DNA of 64,000 nucleotides from Sulfuricurvum sp. (GTDB lineage Bacteria; Campylobacterota; Campylobacteria; Campylobacterales; Sulfurimonadaceae): NCBI GenBank assembly GCA_028714915.1, contig JAQTLL010000005.1, positions 193,730 to 257,729 of the forward strand, read 5' to 3'. Shown piece by piece: positions 57,693 to 64,000 of this stretch (position 1 is its first letter; each line of letters starts with the position of its first letter). The notes under the pieces were generated by a model. It saw only the letters and a program-made list of their open reading frames with translations, ran no database searches and was not told where the DNA came from. The position numbers and the translations under genes were made by a program.

Positions 57693-58769
57693 ATGCTAGT
57701 CCACATTTGTTGCAGTGTTGATTCCCATTTCTTTATGGAAAAGCTGCAACAGGAATTCCCTGACGAAAAACTCGTCGGGTTCTTCTATGACCCCAACATC
57801 CACCCCTACAGCGAATACCAACTACGACTTTTAGACGTAAAACGAAGCTGTAAAAAACTGGGGATTGAGCTCATCGAAGGCGAATACGATTTTGAAACGT
57901 GGATGGATGCCGTCCGAGGTTTGGAAAAAGAGCCAGAAAAGGGGGCACGCTGTGAAGTATGCTTTGACCGCCGTTTCGAAGTAAGCGCTCACAAAGCCCT
58001 TGAACTGGGTGAAAAAGCCATGACTACCACCCTCCTCGTCAGCCCTCTAAAATCGCAAGAACAACTCAAAAAATCTGGCGATGCTTTTCACGCTTCCCAC
58101 GGTGTCGAATTCATCGCCTTTGATTACCGTAAAAATGGCGGGAGCAACGATCAAGCCAAAGTAAGCAAAGAAGAACAACTTTACCGTCAAGACTACTGTG
58201 GCTGTATCTATGGTCTTACCATGCAACGCGACCAACAACACCGTCTAATGGATGAAATGTTCTCCCCTATTTCCCGCCAAATTCTCCCTGCTTCGATCGA
58301 AGAGCGTCTTGAACTCTACACCCGCCGTATGGAACTCGAAGATTCCAATATCTCTTATCGCATCATCAAAGAGCGGTTTTTAAACTACCGCCTTATGCGT
58401 GCTTCGGTAAAAGTTGGGGCTACAGTTATCCCTTCTTATCCCCTCTTTTACTCAACCATTACCCGAAAATCAACAGAAGGTAAAATCGATTTTGAGATCA
58501 ATGGGCAGTTTTTCCTCAACCGCGAAGAGGTGCGTTTTATCACTCTCGATTCCTTCAACGCCCTCTCCGTATCTTCTTATAAAAACACTCAAGAGCTGAT
58601 ATTTAACGCACTGTCTATCGAAACCGAAATTGCCCTTCGTTCTCATCTCACAGGAAGTGCGTTTAACACCTCAGCAATCATTGTCGTAGATGAAATTCCG
58701 ACTTCTAAAATTTCTCTCGTTTTAGAGACAAGAACGTATGACGATACGAGAGAGAAGCTTATTCTGTAA
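57693..58769 (+). CDS. queH: epoxyqueuosine reductase QueH (DUF208) with ~170-aa C-terminal extension
   Basis: HICCS, CEVCFDRRF and YRQDYCGCIYG Cys motifs in the first ~185 aa. The remainder has no recognised motif. Confidence 0.7.
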   Translation: MLVHICCSVDSHFFMEKLQQEFPDEKLVGFFYDPNIHPYSEYQLRLLDVKRSCKKLGIELIEGEYDFETWMDAVRGLEKEPEKGARCEVCFDRRFEVSAHKALELGEKAMTTTLLVSPLKSQEQLKKSGDAFHASHGVEFIAFDYRKNGGSNDQAKVSKEEQLYRQDYCGCIYGLTMQRDQQHRLMDEMFSPISRQILPASIEERLELYTRRMELEDSNISYRIIKERFLNYRLMRASVKVGATVIPSYPLFYSTITRKSTEGKIDFEINGQFFLNREEVRFITLDSFNALSVSSYKNTQELIFNALSIETEIALRSHLTGSAFNTSAIIVVDEIPTSKISLVLETRTYDDTREKLIL

Positions 58770-58832
58770 AATTTTCAACATCGCCTCCTTTTTAATCACC
58801 CTTAGCACAGACCTTGCACTATAATATCTATT

Positions 58833-60431
58833 ATGGAAAAATTACTCTTATCAATCTTTTTAACCATTGCCATTGCCACGGTTCTCAATATCATCCTCAA
58901 ACGATTTGGTATCTCTCATATCTTAGGCTATATTGCGACAGGAACTATCATCAGCACCTTTTTCGGGTTCAATGGACATGGCAATGATTCGTTAGAGTTA
59001 ATCGGAGAATTCGGAATCGTCTTTTTGATGTTCACCATCGGACTGGAGCTAAGTTTAGAGAAAATCAAAAAGATGAAAGAGATCCTCCTCACCAACGGCT
59101 TGCTGCAAGTTGTATTTAGTGTCGTGGTAATCTTTTTACTCTCCTTTTATCTTTTCAGTCTCAATTTCAACACGTCACTCATCATCTCGTTGGCGTTTTC
59201 ACTCTCATCGACCGCTATCGTTCTCCCTTATCTCAAAGATTCCAAAGACATCCACACCCCCTACGGACAAAAATCGATGGGTATTCTGATCTTTCAAGAT
59301 TTGGCAGTCATCCCTATTTTGCTCCTCATTACCTTTTTATCCAATGACACTTCATCGATTGGAGAAATTCTTTTAAAAACGGTTGTTTCAGCCGTTTTTG
59401 TTGTGCTATTTATGTTTACGATCGGAGAAAAGATCGTCAATGCCCTGTTGCATTTTTCGGCAAAAACAGAACTCGAAGAGCTCTTTTTGGGTTCAGTCTT
59501 CTCTATCCTCATAGGCGCTTCGCTTCTCGCTCACAGCATGGGGTTTACCTACTCGCTGGGAGCATTTATTGCGGGAATGATCATCGCTGATACCCGTTTT
59601 AACGTCAAAGTTGAATCCGATATTGCAAGCTATAAAGATCTACTTTTGGGAGCGTTTTTCTTTGGTGTGGGAACAAAAATTGATATGGTCTACTTTTTGG
59701 AAAATATCCACATCATCACGTTTGCTTTCATCTTTGCTATGCTCTTTAAAGCAGTCGTCATCTATGCCATCATACGGCGTAATTCCGATAAAAATACCTC
59801 AGCAAAGACAGCTCTCGCACTTGCCCAAATCGGGGAATTTTCGTTTGCCATTTTCGCCCTTGCGGGATCACAAAAACTGATAACTCAGGAGATGGCAAGT
59901 TTTTTGATCCTCGTAAGCGTCATTTCGATGATTTTGACCCCCTTTATTATTGGAAATATTTATAAACTCTCCTCCTATTTTGAAAAAGAGTTTTACGAAT
60001 CGGACGTTATCACCCCCATCGAGCGTAAAGATCATATTATCGTTGCAGGATTCGCGATGCTGGGAAAAATTGTCGCATCCTCTTTGCAATCAAAAGGGGC
60101 AAATTTTATCATCATCTCTGATAATCTCAAGCATGTTTTGCATGCAAGAAAACTCGGTTATATGGCATATTTTGGACACTTAAACAAACTTCCTGTTTTG
60201 GAGTCTTTGATGGTCAAAGAGGCGAAAGCCATCATCATTACGATGAACAGTGAACAAAACAGACGTCTTATCAGCGAAGCCGTTTTAAGCTACAACAAAG
60301 AGGCCAATATTATTATCAAAATCGACAGTACCGAAGAACGAAAAAGCTTGAGAGACCTGCCCGAACTGGAGTTCGTGGATGCAAGTTTTGAAGTAGCAGA
60401 CTTGCTTGTAAAGCATGTACTCAAAAATTAG
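58833..60431 (+). CDS. CPA2 cation:proton antiporter with C-terminal RCK/TrkA-N domain (Kef-like)
   Basis: ~12 TM Na+/H+ exchanger-type core, then a Rossmann-like segment IIVAGFAMLGKIVA. Confidence 0.85.
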   Translation: MEKLLLSIFLTIAIATVLNIILKRFGISHILGYIATGTIISTFFGFNGHGNDSLELIGEFGIVFLMFTIGLELSLEKIKKMKEILLTNGLLQVVFSVVVIFLLSFYLFSLNFNTSLIISLAFSLSSTAIVLPYLKDSKDIHTPYGQKSMGILIFQDLAVIPILLLITFLSNDTSSIGEILLKTVVSAVFVVLFMFTIGEKIVNALLHFSAKTELEELFLGSVFSILIGASLLAHSMGFTYSLGAFIAGMIIADTRFNVKVESDIASYKDLLLGAFFFGVGTKIDMVYFLENIHIITFAFIFAMLFKAVVIYAIIRRNSDKNTSAKTALALAQIGEFSFAIFALAGSQKLITQEMASFLILVSVISMILTPFIIGNIYKLSSYFEKEFYESDVITPIERKDHIIVAGFAMLGKIVASSLQSKGANFIIISDNLKHVLHARKLGYMAYFGHLNKLPVLESLMVKEAKAIIITMNSEQNRRLISEAVLSYNKEANIIIKIDSTEERKSLRDLPELEFVDASFEVADLLVKHVLKN

Positions 60432-60527
60432 TACATCCAACGACAAAACCAAAAAGAAACTTGTTATTATTAATTAACAGTTTTTACGGTAAAATTGGGG
60501 GATTTTTTACCTAAGGTGTTTACAAAT

Positions 60528-60971
60528 ATGATAGATGTCGTTCAAATTCAAAAAATTTTACCCCACCGTTTCCCTTTTCTCCTCGTCGACAGAGTAACCG
60601 ATTTAACTCCTAACGAGTCACTTATCGGCTTTAAAAATGTCACCATCGGTGAACAAATATTTGAAGGTCATTTTCCAGGGCATCCTATTTATCCGGGTGT
60701 TATGATTTTAGAAGGAATGGCGCAAGCTGGCGGCATTTTAGCATTTCAAAGTATGGATATGACAGAGGAAGAAGCTGCCCAAAAAGTAGTCTATTTCATG
60801 AGTATCGACGGTGCCAAATTTCGTGCCCCTGTCCGTCCGGGAGATCGTCTTGAATATCGAATGACCGTCGTCAAACACAAAGGCTCTATCTGGGTTTTAG
60901 AGGGGAAAGCTTACGTAGACGATGCTCTTGTTGCTCAAGCCGAACTTAAAGCCATGATCGTGGACAAGTAG
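60528..60971 (+). CDS. fabZ: 3-hydroxyacyl-ACP dehydratase FabZ
   Basis: [33 protein letters not shown]. Confidence 0.95.
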   Translation: MIDVVQIQKILPHRFPFLLVDRVTDLTPNESLIGFKNVTIGEQIFEGHFPGHPIYPGVMILEGMAQAGGILAFQSMDMTEEEAAQKVVYFMSIDGAKFRAPVRPGDRLEYRMTVVKHKGSIWVLEGKAYVDDALVAQAELKAMIVDK

Positions 60972-60977
60972 GAGATT

Positions 60978-61763
60978 ATGAGCAAAATATCTCCACTTGC
61001 AGTGATTGAAGAGGGCGCTCTCATCGCAGAAGATGTTGAAATCGGACCGTTTTGTTTTATCTCTAGCCGATCTACAATTGGAAAAGGGACAAAAATTGCC
61101 GCCAGTACGTGTATTTATGGAAAAACCACGATCGGTGAAAACAATACTATTTTTTCCCATGCTGTCCTTGGCTCCGTTCCGCAGGATCTAAAATACGCGG
61201 GCGAAGAGGTTGAGCTGCTCATCGGTGACCATAATACCATTCGTGAATTCACCCTTTTTAATCCGGGAACCGCAGGTGGTGGATCTAAAACCGTCGTTGG
61301 CAACCATAATCTCTTCATGGGTTATGTCCATCTGGGGCATGATGTCATTATCGGAGATTACTGTATCCTTGCCAATGCCGCAACGCTTGCGGGACACGTA
61401 GAGATGGGAAATCATGCTGTTATTGGTGGTATGACCCCAATTCATCAGTTTGTCAAAATCGGTGATTATGCAATGATAGCCGGAGCATCGGCACTCTCCC
61501 AAGACGTACCGCCGTATTGTCTAGTAGAGGGTAACCGTGCTGTACTACGGGGGCTTAATCTCAACGGTCTTCGCCGTCATGTTGCACGTGAAGATATTGA
61601 TGCTCTTCGAGCTGCTTACCGAGAACTTTTTGAGTCCGGGAAACCGCTCCAAGAAAATGCAGCGACTCTGTTAGAAACCACATCAAGTGAGTATGTCAAA
61701 AATATGTGTACCTTTATTATCAACACCAAACGGGGAATCCCCTTCGAAAGGAAAGAGTCATGA
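60978..61763 (+). CDS. lpxA: UDP-N-acetylglucosamine acyltransferase LpxA
   Basis: Left-handed beta-helix hexapeptide repeats, [13 protein letters not shown], and a C-terminal helical domain. Position between fabZ and clpX. Confidence 0.95.
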   Translation: MSKISPLAVIEEGALIAEDVEIGPFCFISSRSTIGKGTKIAASTCIYGKTTIGENNTIFSHAVLGSVPQDLKYAGEEVELLIGDHNTIREFTLFNPGTAGGGSKTVVGNHNLFMGYVHLGHDVIIGDYCILANAATLAGHVEMGNHAVIGGMTPIHQFVKIGDYAMIAGASALSQDVPPYCLVEGNRAVLRGLNLNGLRRHVAREDIDALRAAYRELFESGKPLQENAATLLETTSSEYVKNMCTFIINTKRGIPFERKES

Positions 61764-62992
61764 ACCATCGTCATTGCAGCTTTTGTGAAGCGCAAGAGAG
61801 CGACCAAAATCCGCTTATTGCAGGTAACAATGTTTACATTTGCAAAAATTGTGTGTTTTCCGCCTATAAAATTATGTTTGGAGAAAGCAGCAATGATTCT
61901 TCCGCTGCGCATGAGCATTTAAGCACTGAATTGTTGACTCCTAAAGAGCTCAATACTTTCTTAAGCCAATACATTATCGGGCAAGAACGTGCCCGTAAAC
62001 TTCTCTCTGTTGCGGTTTACAATCACTACAAACGAATTTTCAAACATCATAATGTCAATGATGATACGGAAATTGCTAAATCCAACGTCTTGCTCATCGG
62101 CCCTACCGGAAGCGGTAAAACACTTATGGCACAAACCATCGCACGTGTTCTTAATGTCCCTATCGCTATTGCCGATGCGACCAGTCTTACGGAAGCAGGA
62201 TATGTGGGTGAAGATGTCGAAAATATCCTCACCAAACTCCTCCAAGCTGCCGATGGTGACATTGAGCGGGCGCAACAGGGAATCGTCTTTATCGATGAAA
62301 TTGATAAAATTTCCCGTATGTCTGAAAACCGTTCTATTACCCGCGATGTATCAGGAGAAGGGGTGCAGCAAGCTCTTTTGAAAATCATTGAAGGCGCTGT
62401 CGTCAATATCCCTCCCAAAGGAGGACGCAAGCATCCAAACCAAGACTTTATCCAAATTGATACGTCTGGAATCCTCTTTATCTGCGGCGGGGCGTTTGAT
62501 GGCTTAGGACAAATTTTGGAGCGTAAACAAGGGAAAAACGTCATGGGCTTTGGTCATGAAAAACGTAACCCTACTGAGAGTGATGACAGCTTTGAGAACG
62601 TTGAACCTGATGATTTGGTCAATTACGGTCTTATCCCCGAACTCATCGGACGTCTTCCGATTATTGCATCGCTCAATAAAATTACCGAAGAAGAGATGGT
62701 TCGTATCCTCACAGAGCCAAAAAACTGTCTCGCAAAACAATATATCAAGCTTTTTGCCATCGATGATGTTGAGCTCACCTTTGAAAAAGAGGCATTGAAT
62801 GCCATTGCCTCAAAAGCGCTTAAGCGTAAAACAGGAGCACGCGGTCTTCGTGCCATTCTTGAAGAAATTATGGGTGAAATAATGTACGAGCTCCCAGAAT
62901 ACAGCGGATATGAGGTTATTATCACCAAAGAAGTAGTTGATGAAGCGTCTATCCCCGTTTACATCAAAAAAACGTCTCAAAAAAGCGCATAG
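61760..62992 (+). CDS. clpX: ATP-dependent Clp protease ATPase subunit ClpX
   Basis: Zinc finger CSFC...CKNC, Walker [18 protein letters not shown], and the pore loop GYVGEDV. The ATG overlaps the lpxA TGA (ATGA). Confidence 0.95.
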   Translation: MNHRHCSFCEAQESDQNPLIAGNNVYICKNCVFSAYKIMFGESSNDSSAAHEHLSTELLTPKELNTFLSQYIIGQERARKLLSVAVYNHYKRIFKHHNVNDDTEIAKSNVLLIGPTGSGKTLMAQTIARVLNVPIAIADATSLTEAGYVGEDVENILTKLLQAADGDIERAQQGIVFIDEIDKISRMSENRSITRDVSGEGVQQALLKIIEGAVVNIPPKGGRKHPNQDFIQIDTSGILFICGGAFDGLGQILERKQGKNVMGFGHEKRNPTESDDSFENVEPDDLVNYGLIPELIGRLPIIASLNKITEEEMVRILTEPKNCLAKQYIKLFAIDDVELTFEKEALNAIASKALKRKTGARGLRAILEEIMGEIMYELPEYSGYEVIITKEVVDEASIPVYIKKTSQKSA

Positions 62993-63001
62993 GACACAAT
63001 A

Positions 63002-64000
63002 ATGCTATTTAATAAACTTATCGGACTCTTTTCAAACGATCTTGCTATCGACTTAGGAACCGCAAACACTCTCGTTATTGTCAAAGGTAAAGGAATTGTT
63101 ATCAATGAGCCTTCTGTTGTTGCGGTCAAAACAGAAAAATTTGGTCAACAAAGAGTCCTCGCTGTAGGGCGTGAAGCCAAAGAAATGGTCGGGAAAACAC
63201 CGGGAAATATCAAGGCAATCCGCCCCATGAAAGACGGCGTTATTGCCGATTTTGATATGACCGAAAAAATGATTCGCCGATTTATCGAAAAAGCGCATGG
63301 ACGACGAAATCTTATCAGCCCGCGTATTATCATTTGTATCCCTTACGGATTAACACAAGTGGAGCGTAAAGCAGTACGAGAATCGGCGATGAGCGCAGGG
63401 GCTCGTGAAGTGTATCTTATCGATGAACCCATGGCTGCCGCTATCGGTGCAGGAATTGATATTCGTGAACCAAAAGGAAATGTTATCGTTGATATCGGTG
63501 GCGGAACGACGGAAATCGGCGTTATCTCTTTAGGCGGATTGGTGCTGTGCCGTTCTATTCGTGTTGCAGGAGATAAAATTGACCGCGCTATCATGGATTA
63601 TGTCAAACGCAAATACAATCTCCTTATCGGTGAACGTATCGCAGAAGACATCAAAATAAATATCGGTACGGCAATGCCTCTTGCGCAAGAGCTCAAAATG
63701 ATTATCAACGGTCGTGATCAGGTAGAAGGGTTACTAACCTCACTTGAACTTTCCAGTGAAGATGCCCGTGAAGCGATGCGTGATCCTCTCAAAGAGATTC
63801 TTGAAGCATTACGGGATGTTCTCGAAAATATGCCTCCTGACTTAGCGGGGGACATTGTCAATAACGGTGTTATCTTGACAGGTGGCGGTGCATTGATTCG
63901 ACAACTGGATAAATATCTCTCTGAAACCATTAAAATTCCCGTTTATGTTGCAGATGAACCATTATTGTGTGTAGCACGCGGTACAGGACGAGCACTCGAA
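63002..64000 (+). CDS. mreB: rod shape-determining protein MreB (3' end outside the window)
   Basis: Absent from the ORF track because it has no stop. ATG 63002 then reads MLFNKLIGLFSNDLAIDLGTANTLVIVKGKGIVINEPSVVAVK..., in frame to position 64000. Confidence 0.95.
   Translation, partial: MLFNKLIGLFSNDLAIDLGTANTLVIVKGKGIVINEPSVVAVKTEKFGQQRVLAVGREAKEMVGKTPGNIKAIRPMKDGVIADFDMTEKMIRRFIEKAHGRRNLISPRIIICIPYGLTQVERKAVRESAMSAGAREVYLIDEPMAAAIGAGIDIREPKGNVIVDIGGGTTEIGVISLGGLVLCRSIRVAGDKIDRAIMDYVKRKYNLLIGERIAEDIKINIGTAMPLAQELKMIINGRDQVEGLLTSLELSSEDAREAMRDPLKEILEALRDVLENMPPDLAGDIVNNGVILTGGGALIRQLDKYLSETIKIPVYVADEPLLCVARGTGRALE

Noticed and set aside
58820-58825. TATAAT hexamer upstream of the Kef-like antiporter gene as a promoter -10 element
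   Set aside because: It lies only 7 nt from the ATG at 58833, leaving no room for a leader and RBS. AT-rich hexamers are frequent here, so I did not call it.
62047-62544. 165-aa minus-strand ORF and several others inside clpX
   Set aside because: They are antisense or out of frame relative to clpX, which has complete zinc-finger, Walker and pore-loop motifs.
1-64000. CRISPR arrays, rRNA genes, prophage structural modules, transposase/IS elements
   Set aside because: I saw no regularly spaced direct repeats with unique spacers, and no rRNA-like segments (every region longer than 250 nt without an ORF was inspected). I saw no capsid, tail or terminase-like ORFs and no transposase motifs. The only recombinase is the small serine recombinase at 5361-5927.

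Overview
This 64-kb chromosomal window is most consistent with a Campylobacterota (epsilonproteobacterial) genome. The evidence is gene content and remembered synteny: rpsO / Rrf2 regulator / flhA, fabZ-lpxA-clpX-mreB, flgH, an MCP, and c-di-GMP turnover proteins. I could not run a search to confirm the taxon. About 60 protein genes are tightly packed, and many have overlapping stop and start codons. The left ~6.2 kb is an accessory, compositionally mosaic region. It ends at a small serine recombinase, an intact tRNA-Met(CAT) and a truncated second tRNA-Met. It carries a two-domain FtsK-like ATPase, a PPP-type metallophosphatase, a secreted helical protein, an alpha/beta hydrolase and a CAP/PR-1 domain protein. 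The rest is largely core: cell envelope and division (FtsW/RodA, FtsEX plus an M23/EnvC-like protein, KdsB, LpxA, FabZ, MreB), RNA modification (three pseudouridine synthases, TrmB, QueH, methyltransferases), flagella and chemotaxis, a CopA P-type ATPase, and a complete acetate-scavenging locus (two-component system, OprD-like porin, DUF485, ActP, DUF294 nucleotidyltransferase, DnaQ-like exonuclease, Acs). The best candidate for an undescribed system is a four-gene, translationally coupled operon at 16875-20837: a circularly permuted ATP-grasp ligase, an alpha-E protein, and one intact plus one degenerate M14 (AstE/AspA-like) hydrolase. This suggests an uncharacterised ligate-and-remove (peptide or amino-acid tagging) system. 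The second candidate is the FtsK-like ATPase module at the left edge, which is cut by the window boundary. Two families of short structured intergenic repeats are also present. One brackets the DUF294/exonuclease pair and sits at a fixed distance upstream of both the acs and DUF294 start codons. All functional calls come from motif recognition by eye on the supplied translations. No database search was run.
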